From Yuukianura sp. NJ FZ-2021 (Eukaryota): a stretch of DNA of 64,000 nucleotides. Location: contig CM102286.1 of the NCBI GenBank assembly GCA_046563655.1, forward strand, positions 4,340,001-4,404,000, read 5' to 3'. The notes under the pieces were generated by a model. That model saw only the letters and a program-made list of their open reading frames with translations, was not told the origin of the DNA and ran no database searches. Shown piece after piece: positions 35,201-49,309 of this stretch. Position 1 is the stretch's first letter. Every line of letters starts with the position of its first letter. A program made the position numbers and the translations under genes.

Positions 35201-38200
35201 GACAGTTGAATGTTGCCACAACTTGGGACTGTTTCTCTTGTTTTTATGACAATTTACAAGTGTAAAGCAATTTAACAAAGGACACAAGGAACAAAGTCTC
35301 ATGGACCACTGCCAGGCATCCTCTTGTTAATTGCCAACAAAAACTTAAGCGCTAACCCCAAAAACATCCATCACTTCCTTCTGAAGTTGGCAAATGCTCC
35401 GATACAACTGTTTTCAGGTTTTAAATGATGTTCAGAACAACATAACTCTTCGAGACAAATTGGAAAAGAAAACACCAAAAACACTGATCTGTCAAGCACA
35501 GAATTTTGAAATTGTGTAAAATTTGATCCAAATAAAACAGTAACACATACGTTGGTGGCATCCGAAAGAGAAAGCAGAGAAAGTTGAAATTGTTTGAAAG
35601 GATGTGTCCAATTGGATTTTCATTTTTTGAAAAGCGCGGCGTTTGAATTTTAAGAGGCAGAAAAAGGTAGAGCTAATGTGGCTGAAAGGAAAAGAAAAAC
35701 TGTCGCCTTTCCTCTAGGTTAGGTTAGGCGTAAGGCTGCGTGTCATGTTGTAGGCACACCAAGGTTACGTTAGGCATAGAGAAAAACGAAAGTAGTGAAA
35801 ACGGAGGAGGGTGACATATCGTATTTCATCGTCTGTCACATCCCATTCTGGATCCACTTTTATATTCCAGAGGCCTCCCAAACAACCAATGTTGAAAGGT
35901 AGCACAGCCACAGAGTCCCTATCTTGTCACCCTTTGGCACTCCAGTCAGCGAACTAAACGCCGCACTTTTTTCAAAAACGAAAAAAGTTAACCTAAGGTC
36001 AAATCGCCCTTAACTTCCCAGGGAGCCTCTAGAACTAGTTTGAATGTTTGTCTTTGTGGTTTGGAAATTCATTGGTCCTTAAAAGGAAGGTGGCTTGATT
36101 AGCCGCTTCTGTTAAAAATGCATGTAATGATTTTCAATTTTTTAAATGAGACTTGGTCTGACAAGTGAAATGTCTGGATTGTAGATTGCCTACTTCCATT
36201 TAAGATTTTATTTTCCATAATGTGCTAATAATGGAATTGGAATGGGAACATGAGGACCAGAAATGAATTCATTTTAAATTCAGTGGATTGTGGTGCTGAA
36301 GGGGAGGAGATTTTTCCATACAAAGTCTTCTTCATCTTCTGGCTTTTTCGGGTGGTGGCACAATTCAAAATGCTCAAAAGTAAAGCACCAACCAAACCTC
36401 CATTGTGTGAAACTAATTGAATTTTTATCTGTCCAATTCCATATTCAAACTAGTTCGAAACAGCAAGGGGAGAGTGAGAATTTACGATTTAGGAAACAAA
36501 AAGAAATATGAACGATTTAAAAGGTTCATCAGCTCAAATGCACCCACTTTTACCATATTTTGTAGCACATCAAATTATACATTATGAACTTTAAAAAACA
36601 GCGTCCGTGTAGTTTATTAAAGTTGCGCATGTGCGAAAAAAATAAACTTGGATGTTGTCTAAATAAAAAATAATCTATACAAGGATAGTGTTTTGCAAGT
36701 GAAAATTGGTTTTTGCAAATTTTGAACTAGCTTTGGGATGGAAATTGGTTTGGTATTGGCACTTTCTCGATCAATCTTGTGTATGGATATCTTGTGGAGA
36801 AAACAAACTTTTTTTTCTGTGGAAAAGTGAAGTGGATATGTGTGAGATTGATGCTGACTGGGAGATATTGACTTGTTCCCATTTCTCTTCCTGGACATTC
36901 CCTCGAATCCTTAACTTCAAAAAAGCCCAACTTGAAGTCGCCCAAAAGAAAGTTGACTTTCTACCAAAGATATTTTTGCAGGGGATCTTCCATTTCTGCT
37001 TCATTCCACTCGCATGAACGAAGAATACAGGGGAAAGGGAGCCAAAATACAAACGAAATACGCAAGGACTCTCCCTTCTGCCACTGACAATTTGACAGGA
37101 ATCCTCCAATTCACTACGACTTTCTGCACACATTTTACGCACCACTTCCCACATATAACACCAACAATAGTCAGGAATTAGCCAACACTTCAAAAGAAAC
37201 TTTTTTGCTGTTCAACTTTCACTAAACGAAAAATGTTTGGAAAATTCTCCAAAAACTGTTTTGGATTTTCATGAAATTTTAACGCTTTAAATTGATGCAT
37301 TTTGAGTCCAAGCTTACCAATATCATCGTAGTTGTTCAAAGCCTCCCGCTTTCAGTTTGATTTTTAAAACTTGATCCCTGCATTATTCTAAAAAATGATT
37401 GATTCTTTTTCACCGCGTTGGGGGAACCATTGGGTTAAATCCCATCACAAAATGTCTGCGCATTCTCCGCCCTGCTTTTGCTTGTATAGTGCATTCAAAA
37501 TACGATTCAATGAAATCACATTTAGTTCACCGAATTTGAAAATTCCCGCCTATTCCCTACAGTGTTAAAAACGAAGGGTTCAAAGCTTCTTTTAAATGAA
37601 ACTGGGCAAATCCCAGTTGACGGCCTATTTTCAAATATTTCCCAATGGATCAAGGATTTACTCACAACTTTTTTTAATAGCAGCTACCGCAGCAGCGTGA
37701 TGTTAACAGAAGCGTAAAGGAAATTGATTATAAATTGGCCATCAAATAGGCTGAACTAAACATGTGCTCAATTGAATTCCCTTTCAACAATGGATCTCAC
37801 TTCTCACATCAGCATCAAGCGACTCAGCTAAACGCACAACTGACACGGACAGAAGAGGTCATTAATTCAACTTGTCCTGTAATTTCACATTTCAAACTTT
37901 GAAATTTCCAATACTATAAATCGATTTCATGAAGCTAATATTGGAAAAGAAAGTTAAAGCTGCCAATGACACAAACAACCTTATTTGGAAAAATAGTCAA
38001 CAAACCAACGGCCGAATTTAGCCCTCCAGAAATCGATATTTTGCAATGGACAATACATGTGTGATGTTTTAGTAGGAACGCAGTGTACGCATTTTCAAGT
38101 CCTACGGACTTCTGTAGATCACTCTGCTTGACACTACGGAAGAAATATGTCCTCGATTCTATTGAATTTTGTTTTGAAAAAATAATAAGAACGGGCAAAA

Positions 38201-41200
38201 TAGATTTGTAATCCGTCATTTTTTGGAAAGGGGACATTTCAAGGCTGGTGGTTCATAAAATACACTTTCGGATGAAGTTACGCACAATATGTGCTCTGTC
38301 TTCTTCACTTCCATTTCCAGCATTGACAGTTTGTACTTCCCAGCCTAAAAGGTCCATCCGCATTTTTCAATCTTCCAAATGCCCACAACTCTTCCTGCTT
38401 CTTTAAGGAATTTTCTTTCTTTAAGGAATTTTTCCACAAAATTTCCCGCCAGGTTTATGTTCAACAAGCTCAGAGCAAACGCAAAAAAAACAGCATAAAA
38501 TGATCGCCAATTCTGCCCAAAAGGAAAGCATTGCAAATTCGCTTGGAACTTATGTTTTGTAAATCAGCAATTTTCGAAAAGTTCACCAAAATATGTCACC
38601 GAGAATGAATTGAATTTTTCATGTTGGTTGACGTTGAATACAAAGCCTTTGTTCCTTACAATACAAAAAAGCTGCCTTGGGTAAGCTTTTTGCCCAGTGA
38701 CTCGTGATGTGTGATTTAGGAAAGCAAGAGAAAGTGAAAGTGATTTAATCCTTTATGCCCGTCGTTTGTGCCTAATCGCCAAGTCAAGTGAAAGTAAAAG
38801 TTGGAGCGACTAATCAAACCCGAAAGTATTTGCTTATTTGATTTTCTAAAATGGAACAAAGGACTTTTGGAATTGGCTGGATTTGGGCCGGAATGGAACT
38901 GGATTTGATGTTGGAAATCCTATTTTTGCCACAATGGTTGCATAGTAAAAGCTGCTTTATTAATATGAATCATAATGGAATTGGTCCCAACACGTGGCCA
39001 AAGACTTTATCTAGTTCAAACAGTACAGAGAAAGCAGAGGGGAAGTTAGAAAACTAACAATCTAAAGGCTGCTGTAAACACAAACATGTTAAGGGTTAGG
39101 TTTACCGAAGTATTCATTTTTCTAACAATAGGTTCAGTCAAGTAGAGGAATTGAAATTATTTCCTGTATTCCAACTCTGAACATATTCTTACTCTAGCAA
39201 CTCAATGTTGTGTATTTTTGTACTTGGTTTACCCAAAATACTCTAATTAAAAATAATTTGAGCCAGGAAACTTTCGATTCAACAATGCAAAGACTTTGAA
39301 ATATCAAATTCAAAAATTAGCCAAACTTCATAATAACTTGTTCACTAGATTATTGGTTTTCAAAAAAGTAAGTAAATATTTATGCGATTTGTTTTGTGTA
39401 ACTGGGAGGCCAAAGTTTTAGCTAACTTATTTTGCACCGAAGGCGATGCAGTGTTCAAGGGGCTTATTAAAATAATTAGAACAGTTTGTACTAATAGCCA
39501 TTTATAATACCAAAATAAACAAATTATATATTTCTGTTTTGTTAATTTAAATACTGCTTCTGCACGCAGTACAACAAAACGTCATAGTCATCCGGGCTAA
39601 ATTTAATTTCGAATTCTAAATTTCTACCTTGAGCTTCCCGGAATGGCTAACGATTTCCCGCCTCAAAAATCAACTTAATCGTTAATCACATACTGGAAAC
39701 AGGAGTTCCCTTCCCTCCAGCACATAATGTTAAAATTCAAACGCAAATTGGGCTACAGAATGCTAGCTACTTGACTATCCAGAGGATCTCTCGTTACCAA
39801 AAACACGCAACTGCTGCTGAATGTATTTCAGAGTTTCAAGTATGAAAGTTTCAAGTTAGTCATTTGTGAGAAGGTGTGTAAACTATTTACATTTTTCCAG
39901 TGAAGTTTCGTGTCTACATCAATTACATATTAATTTTCTCAGCATATTATTATTATCAGTGGAAATTGAAAATTTTGAATTTTGAGAAAAAAAAACAATT
40001 AGGACTAACAATGGCTAGGATGTGCCCAAGCTGCACGATTCGTGAAAATACAAATAAGAATTGTTAGAATTGTTTGTTGTAAGAATTTTTCCCTCCATCA
40101 GCGCCGACTCGGCGTGACCTTTGACATGGCACATGGGTGTCCAAGCATAGCTTCCTGTAGGTCTAGGACTTCTGGACTTGGCACCTAACGGTTCAAGAAG
40201 CTTTTCAAGGATGGGCGTTTGTTTATGTTTCAAAAAGTGTGAGAAGGATTTGAAGAATATGTTTTTCCAAGGGCCCTTCCTTTTAACGGAAAACGCAAGT
40301 AGCTCCATAAGCCTTTGGCTAAAAAAAATTAAGATCAACAGTTCCAAGTCCCTTTTTGAATTGAAGGGCAACAGATTTTGGTTTTCTCAAAAAACCAAGA
40401 AAAAAAAGTTTTGGAAAAGCCAAATGGCTCCTTTTGGTGTAAATCTTTCTCCGTTCCAGAAGCTTAATTTAGTTTCCAGAAGCGGGAGATGTGCAAAGGC
40501 ACTAAAAACTGGAGCGACTAAAACTCTGAAATGCTTTTATACCGAGGTCCTCGATCTCTCAGTTTATTTTTTCGAGGAGCCTTTACTAGTTAACATTAAC
40601 TTCTGTCGGTATCAACATAGCCTCTAGCCCCACCAAAACATTATGAAATTTAACCTAAAAATTTCTAAACATGAGACGCTCTAGCAAATGGCTTTATGAA
40701 GATGAGAACTGGAGAGTTAGTGTGACTACCGTTTCATAAATTCTAAACCAGATTCGGGTAGGGCTTGGCGGTCCAGGAGTTGGACTACGGAGGAATAAAT
40801 TTTTATGGACTTTTTCTGCCTACTTGGCTAGTTTGAAATTAGGTGGGCGTGTTCCTTTCTTCCTCCTGCTTCAAACCTTTAGCTACTTTCCAAAACCTGG
40901 AAAAGTAGTAGGGATCGTTCTGGAAGGAAAAATCATTACCGGTAAACTTCTCAAACCGGATTTCCACGCCCAGTGGAAGGGATTCTGAGAGCACAAAAGA
41001 TTTTTATCACTTAAATGAAAATGAAAAGTAAATGGGCTTGGATTTACATAATAATTGAGCATTGAAAAGCCTAATTTGCCTTGGACCTTTTCAGTTATTA
41101 GAAATTAAAACAATAGGGTATAAATAACTTCTTAACCACGATTTAATTAACTACAGAAACTTAATTTAACCACGAAAAAATGCACAAAAATCTTAAAAGT

Positions 41201-44200
41201 TAGAAAAGAGAAAAAAATTTTGCCTAAAAAGACCAATTTAAATAATTTTGATTTAAAAAAAAATCTGAGAGGTCTCTTTTTACTGATATTTTTAAAAAGA
41301 AAAATTACCCTAACATATCCACACTTTTTTTTACTTGTTTTTTTTAGCATGTCCAACCTAAACCAAACTTCAGCGTCTCATTTCCAACTAAATTTGGCAA
41401 CTCAAATGCAATTCCAAGTGAAAATGTCGTTAGCTAATGTCGATTGACGACATTTTCATCATGATTACTCAGCTTCGCTTTTTTTTCGTTCCTTGGCGTC
41501 GTTCCATTAGAAACATTTAGAACCCAAAAGTCATTGAAATTTCAAAAAAAAAGTCCTATTAAAAGGAATTTCAAAAATGTGCGGTGTTCTTAGAGGTTAT
41601 AAAGTGCGATTCTGGAGGTGGATAAGGTAAGTGTGAGATCCATTAGAAATTGGAAAGAAACCTTGTCACTTTCCAACGGGCAAAGGCAAAAGCGGGATGT
41701 TATGAAATGGGCCAAAGGAGAAAGAAAGTGTTCAAATTCCAAAGAAGGAAACGAGCAAGAGGCGGTAATTTTGAATTTGAAATGGAGAGAACCTGAACGT
41801 AGAAATTTATGATGGCATGGCATGGAAATGGCGAAAGGCAAAAGACTTTCTCCAAATCCTTTCTCTGACTTGAAAATTTTCCGCCTAGCAGGAATTTGAA
41901 ATGCGAGTTCTAATTTTCTTTTTGGTGGCGGGATTTTATGTTCCCCATTTTTGCAACTCCTTTCCTTATTCTGCCTCTTTTATGGTAGAAAGTGAATGGG
42001 GGTAAGAGGGGTACAGGAGCATGGAGTATTTAGGTGAGTTATGATTTTGGTTTAGGTTAGGGTTTAACGGCTAGGCCACAAAAACAAATTTTGTAACGCA
42101 CTTTTTCCTACTCAAATTTAGCAAAAGTTTACAAACCAAAGTAGAACTTTTTTAGAAAAAGAACGTTAACTCTTGCTTTATGCACGTCAAATCACGCTGC
42201 TCTTCAACTGTTTTCCTTTGTTTCATTGATGAGAGGGTGTGTTTGAAGTGGGAGTTGCGTTTCATGTTTAATGGAAAACCGTGACTTGTTTTCCGTATCT
42301 GCTTTGTAAGTGGCTTCTTATTCCCTATTAAAATTAACCCAGAAAATCAAAAAAAAAAAAACAAATCTGATGTACAATTTCTATTAGAACAACCTCATGT
42401 GGCGTCAAAGTATCCAATCTGTATTAGGTGGATTTTTGTTGCGTTTGTAATGAAAATGTTTTATTTTTGACAGGCAAAAGCATATAGCATTGGGTAGAGG
42501 AGGTTACATTTAATGTATCTGTGGTTGAGATTCGATTTGTGCAATTCTCTTAGGATGAAATCTGCTTCAAATGTATCGCTCATCAGCATGCGCGGTAGAT
42601 AATAATTATAATAATATGCCTAAGTTAACGTTGTTAAATTACCGCAATTTTATGAACCAAAAAAATCAATCTCGGTAATATCTGACCTTTGCTATATTAA
42701 ATCGCACAGTGCAGTACTCTCAAGAAATTCAATTGATTTAGTCAGAAATTGAAATGAAGTGTTTCGAGAGCCTTTCACTGGGAGAACACCACTGTTCAGA
42801 GAAACTGCTCAGTTCAAAGGGTTATTTGAATTTTGAAGTTGAGCGTCATCGTTGATTCATGCCTATGAAACACCTCCGACTGTGAGAATTCGTAGAGTTG
42901 CATTACACTCATATCCGAAAGTATCCTACACAGTAAAGAACTGTAAGAGTTTGAAGGAAATTGAAGTTGTATTAAATTTTCCCAAGAGAAAATGCCTTTC
43001 ACGTGCTCTGAGTAGAGGCCTCCGGAGTGAAATGCAATTTATAATGTAGGAAACGATTTTGTTACTAACTTCAAAGTGAAGAAGAATAAATAGTTATTTC
43101 AGATTTGGATTTGTTCCAAAAGCTTCAATATCTTCAGAAAAATGTAATACTTTAAACACAAGAGACTCCGCTATGAATACTAAACATTCCAAAAACAAAG
43201 TGTTATGAAATTGTGAAAACAAAACAAAAACACTTTTCTCTTTCCTGTAAAAAATGGCGAGCACCAAAGAGTTCGGCAAAAAAAAATAAACGCGGGAATA
43301 AAGGTTTGTTTAAAATTGAGCATCTTAAAACAACATTTTGCAAAATTCTTCGTCAAGTCAGAATTTTTGCTCGATCTCTGTTAAAATATGAATGGTGACA
43401 ATCGAAAGGATTTTATGAGGGCTCTTATCGGAAGCGTTCAAGAATGAAAAAAGAAAACAAGCAAAGCTATTTTCTTTTCCCAAGCGCTTTTTAGTTTCTT
43501 CTTGGTTTCGAGAATCCTGAAACGTGTGTTCATTCCAAAGTATCATATTTTCTCTGTGTCTTGCCGAGGAAGCATTAGAGACATGTCATGTTTCGGCGTA
43601 TTTACGATTATGACTTGTAGTACTTCTGCGGTGGGCCCTTGGTGGGTTTTGGTGAAGTCTCTCCAGTCCTTTGGGATTCAAAGATTGGATGTTTTCCTGC
43701 TGGGTCGCTGCGTTTTTTTAGTTCCCGTTGACCTAAGTCTCCATTTGGTGTCACTCGCATTTTATAAAAAGAAACAACACAGGATGTAGTTTTGCTCAAT
43801 TCATTTTTTGAAATACGCTTGTTGCTATGAACTGAAATTTTGTGAGTCGGCGTTTTCCAAGTTTATATCAAAATTGGATTTGACATTTCCAGTCCACTCT
43901 CGTTTTCACTGATGACCATTACGAGACAAAATTTCTAAAAATAGAAAACTTCTTCCTCGTCTATTTTCTTCATTAATTTAAATTTGATGTTCGAGATTTC
44001 TGAATTGTTAAAAAAAATCTTGAACCTGGAGTTGTGATGTAAGGAACTTTACCGGACGAATGTTCGAAAATTGAAATTTTCAAGATTTTGAATTTCAGAA
44101 TTTTGTTTGAAATGGCTGTTAGCGACAGAAGAAAAGGACATATCCAGGAAATTGGAACATTTGAGTTCATCAACCTCAAACCTAATGTTCCGTGGAAGAT

Positions 44201-45241
44201 TTTAAATGAAAACTAAATCTCCCAAAGTCCCAGAGGACCACGACCTTTTTGGCTCGGAGTTCAGCTTACGCTGTGATGAAATGGCTCCTCTGTTCTATTT
44301 CTGTGCTTATTTCCTTTATTGCAACTTCTGTGATCGAATTGATTCAATTGGAAGTTAATGAAGCGAGAAACAAGTTCATCTAATTTCTGACTAGATGAAA
44401 ATCGGACATAGATTTTTTAAGACTTTGACAACCTTCCTGTAATGCCATACGCCACGAGCTTTGTAAAGTTCAAGGCAAGAGACATACGGAAAAAATAAGA
44501 GATTTTTGTCACTGTTCAAATTTTATGTAGTATCAAACTGGAAGTACAAAAAAGAAGTTTTTATGAACAGAAAATTAACGACGATTCGACAAAATGGAAA
44601 AAGTTTGACACTATTTTTATCCCCTCCAAATTTTCCACTTTGAGAACGAGTTTAATAATTGACAAAACTTTTATATTTTACGACAATTCGCAAAATTCCT
44701 ATTCTCCGTCAAGATCATTTATACCCTAACTCTCTTCCGTCGTCGTTCCAAAAAGTCCGGCCATAAAGTGAAAGAAAAAGAAAATTGTTAAGAATTCCAA
44801 ACTTTTTTAAGAAAAACTTTCAAATTGAGTCACTTGAGAAGTGGAGAAAGGAATGTAGAGTTTGAGAAAAGAAGAAAATTCAACCGAGATTGGAAACGAT
44901 CCCGTGGGCTGCCACCATGGTTTTTAAAGGCAAAGAAAACTTAAGGAACTTTCAGAAAACTAGGCTACGGACTAAGGAAATTTCAGAGGAGAGAGTAGCC
45001 GAGCTCTTCAATAAAACCAACCACCACCACCATGGTTTGACTGTGGAACTTTCTTCCTCAGACTAATTATCATTTCTCATGCGTAGACTTTCCCTGCTTT
45101 CACTCCAACTTCCACAACTAGAACTTTGTAAAACTAGGTTTTGAGTTCACTCTGTTCCAACCACTCTGTTTTCAATTTAAAATGTTCTTAGAAGTAACTC
45201 CTTCGTTAATTGTTGGTCGTTTAGCAGAGTGACATTCTTAC

Positions 45242-45335
45242 CTGATTTGAAGTTTCCCGCAACCCAGATGCAGAGAACGACCAGAGCTGTGTGCTTGGTG
45301 ACGTGGAGATTTGAGTGACGGAAGTGCGGGGCCAT
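45242..45335 (-). CDS. Probable first coding exon (signal-peptide-like) of a large minus-strand gene
   Basis: AACATGGCC start context; MAPHFRHSNLHVTKHTALVVLCIWVAGNFKS followed by a strong phase-1 donor CAG|GTAAGA. No downstream exon was confidently located. Confidence 0.5.
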
Positions 45336-48300
45336 GTTGATGATGGATGACTCTGTTTGGCGAGTGGTTTCCAATCGGTTTACGCGGGAAGTTTGAATTC
45401 GGACAGTAAATCTTGCCTGTCTTGTTTTCTTTGCAAATTGGAAGTTCTTGGAGACGAGAAAAAGGAAGAGGTCTCAGAAGAGTATTTGTTTAGTTGGGTA
45501 AATGAGAAACATAAATCACTTTGGTCTAGAAAAGTAGATCTACTGCTGGACTGAACTTGGGCGAACAGCAGTCAAGACTGTTGATCTCAATCGTTTCTTC
45601 TGGTGAGCAGTGGTGGAAAACAGGGTCGATGTGCTTTTTCTGGGCTGAAATTGGTCTGTCTAGAGTTACTTCTCAAGGACAAGTCGGCTGAAGGGCTTTT
45701 GTGCGTTTTAGGAGCTCCTGGACAGTTTCATACGTCGAGGGAATTGGCTGGTCTAATTCAATTAGTTGAAGTTGGCAAAAATACTGGACAGTGAAAGTGT
45801 CTGCCAATGTGTCAAAGAATTCCAATGTTTCGCAATTGGCGAAATTGACTTGTATCTATTTCATACGTCAGTGTACGAACAATCCAAAATCTCAAATCTC
45901 AATTGTCACAAAGCTGGTTAAGCACAATGAATTAAACTCAATCAAATTTTATTAGTCTGGCTAAACCTAGTTCTCAAGCCAAGGTCAATGAACTGTAGCA
46001 CTTTCTAAACTTCCACAAATCTTTTAAGTCCAGTTTACAACAAAAGAAGTTTTGATCCAAAGTTCTAAGTTTACCAAAGTCCAAATCAGGCAGTAAATTT
46101 CCTTTTGACGGCGCTATTATTTTTAAGAATAGTGAAAATGTTAAACCTGCTTTCTGTTTTCAAAAATTTGCAACTAAGACGCTCAAAGCTCCCAGAGTTT
46201 GCTTTTTTGAGATCCCGTTCACGAAGTCACTGAAGCCAAAAATTAACTTCGTTTTCACCCAGAATTTTTAAACTTAAATTCTGATTTTCAAAATTTTGAG
46301 TTTATGACACTTCGACGAAGTTGGATTTTGATTTAAAAACTTTTGTTTAATCTTATTGTACCTAGCGTTGTTGAAGACAGTAGCAAAGGACCTGGAGTTG
46401 TTCAACCCTTCAAGATCAAAACAAAACTGAAAGGCAAGGATGCTTTGGGTTAGTGTAGAAACGGATCCTTTCACTATGCTTAGACTGTGGAGGGAGTAAC
46501 TACTTGGGAGCTTCGAAGTGCCCAGAGTGAACAGTGAAAGTGGCGTCATCCGTGGTCGTTGCAGAAGGAAAGCTACGAGGCCTATTATTCCCCAAACTGT
46601 TTTCCCAGGCCCTTGAAGCCAAGTGCTCTCTCTGCAGAGAAAAGTGAAGAAAGTCCCTTGCTTTCACTTCCGAAGTCCTCCTGTGCCAAAAGAAGCGACT
46701 TTCTTACCAATTCCTTCCCTTGCGAACATTTTACATTTTCCAGAGATCATTTGCTAGGATCTCATTCATTATACAGGAGCCTTAAAGTGTATTTGTAGGT
46801 AAAGTGGAAGTGAGGACTTCACTGGAAACTAGTCAACACTTTTCAGGAGTCTTCTAGTGTCAACAGCAGTCCTTCTTAATGAAAGTGGAAGGAGTTGAAG
46901 AGTGTCTTCTTGACTTCCAAATTTGGCTTCATTATTGCCTTCCTTAATGCTTCTTTTCTTTATATTTAAAAGTAAAACAAAAACTTTTGAATTTTGAACA
47001 AATATTTAAATTTAAATCAAATTTTTACGTCATATTTGAAAATGAACTCCACCAAAAATTTGTTAACGCTGTTATTTGAAGCTGCACTATTTAATTACAA
47101 CAAAGTGTGAATCAGAGCACTTTCACTTTCTTTTCACCACTTCAACCGTCCACTTTCTTTCAACTTTCTGGGATTAATTTCCATGCTAATTCGCTTCCAT
47201 CAACATTTTACATCCATTCCAGTCACTTCAACCACACGATGGAACAGCCGAAGTGCAGCCCAGTAGAAGTGGAGTCCATTTGCCCATCATCATCTTCCCT
47301 CCGTAACTAATGGGAAAGAAGCTAGGGATGATCCAAAAAGAAATGTCCACATAAATCAATCCAAAAATAATAAAATGTTCCCTCTGCCCCGTCTAATCCA
47401 TTACGAAAACCAAGATGAAAATGTAAGTGGACCACAGACTCCCCTCCACTTCAAAATTATTACTCACTCACCACTCAAAAGAAAGTATAACTTCACTTTG
47501 GAAACTCCTGGTCGTCATTAGAATCACTTTCTACAGAGTTTTTTATTTCGAAACTTTAAGTTTAACTTTGTTTTAAAAGTATACTTATGAACCACTAGTT
47601 GTTCAACAGCAGTACAAACTAAGAACAAAACGCAGTCATTAGCAGGCCCCTGGCCTACCACTCTGTTGAAGATGATCGTGTTTTGGACAGGTGAGTTTCT
47701 CATTTTACCCATTGATTTAATTGATAGAAAGCAAAGTGAAAGCAGCGTTTGTACAGAAACAGCGTTGTGTTTCTGTAGAAAATAGGAAAACCTGGACTTG
47801 ACAGGCACAAAGCAAAAAGGAACTTTTCAATTTCAAGGTTTTTGTAGTCTCCCGCAATCATTTTGCGTAGTACTCTACTACGGTCACGGCTAAGGTAGAA
47901 TTTGTAATCTTGTGATGATTCACTACAGTATGAACTTAGCCTAGAGAAAAAAATTTCATTTTTTTTTTGTTTAATACTATGAGCTGCTACAATTCATTTG
48001 CTCATGGTATTACGAGAAACAAAATTCTCTAAACCAGACGCAGTATCGGGAGCATTTCTTTTAAAAAAAATTCGGTTTTACACCCATGAGAGGATTATTT
48101 CAGTTTCGGCCTAAAATTGATGAAATTTTTGTTACGAAAGCCGAGAAAGTCTGGGGGGTTTGGAGGATTTCTCCTTCTAGTGTAAGAACATCCACCGGAT
48201 ATAATATCTTCTATTGACTTTTTTTAAATTCCAGATTTTGGAAAGCTTCACTTTGAAAAGTTGTGTCAAGCCACTCATCCGAAGTCAATGAACTTTTTAG

Positions 48301-49309
48301 GAGAAGGAAGGATTCTTTTCCCTCAGTTTACTTTCTCTTTTCTCTTCAAAATTTTTACCCCTCTTATTTACTCTTCGTCACACCATTGTTCTCAATGGTT
48401 CAAACCCTGGCCGTCGCTTCAAGTGCCTTCGGCGTACTTCCCTGATGAGAAAGTGAGATGTAATGTGCTGACAGGTTTCTTTCTGGAAAGAGAGGTCAAA
48501 GGTAAACTTCCTTTTCCAAACTTTTGGTTTAGTGCGTCCTGGTTTTGATTCCAAATGGAACTTTTCAGTTTTTGAAGATGAATTGAAAGAGGCGGAGAGT
48601 TCAGCAGCATCTTCACTGATTCTGACAATAAAATGCTGCAGTGTGCCCACATCGGAAGGAAAGGGTGGCGGAGTCTTTTGAATTTATTGGAAAACTTGAG
48701 GACTTCCATGTTTATGTAATCGATCTCCATTTTTTGACTTTAAAAAGTTCCCGCGCTGCCTTCTGTCGCCATTCACGCTTCAATGGATTCCCAAAAGTCG
48801 CACAAGTAAGTTGTCACCGAATCAGTGCACGTTAGGCTCATACTGAAATCCCAATCATTTACTGAACATCTTTCCTTATGCTTATCAAACCAATTCAATG
48901 TCACACAAGGTTCCTTGACAACGAAAAATTAATTTTCTTTAACAGATTGGATACTACCTGTCTTGACAACAATAAAAATGATTAGTATCAATTCAAAAAA
49001 TTTGTACCAATCCGTATGCCAAATTTAAAAAAAAATGGCTGTATAGTTATGACTGCGATGCACCGAAATGAAAAGGTACTTGCAAAATCGAAAAAGCATG
49101 AGGTATTACCCTACGTTTTAAAAAAAAATCACAAGTCAACAAACCTTGATAGGTGTATTTAGAAAACAAAAACTGTTTTTGTTGCTGCTGGCAACGGAGA
49201 CGGTTTTTAAAAATCCAAACAATTGCTTTGAAGTTTATTACACGAGAAATTCAAAATCGTATGCTCAAAGAAAATTTTAAAAAATAAGGAGCTCGACACG
49301 AGTCTTCTG

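Noticed and set aside
35716..35735. TTAGG telomere-like repeats
   Set aside because: Only 2-3 units; expected by chance.
27100..45100. Numerous 60-150-aa ORFs in the track
   Set aside because: F/L/K-rich, low-complexity translations of AT-rich non-coding DNA with no motifs or consistent splice structure.
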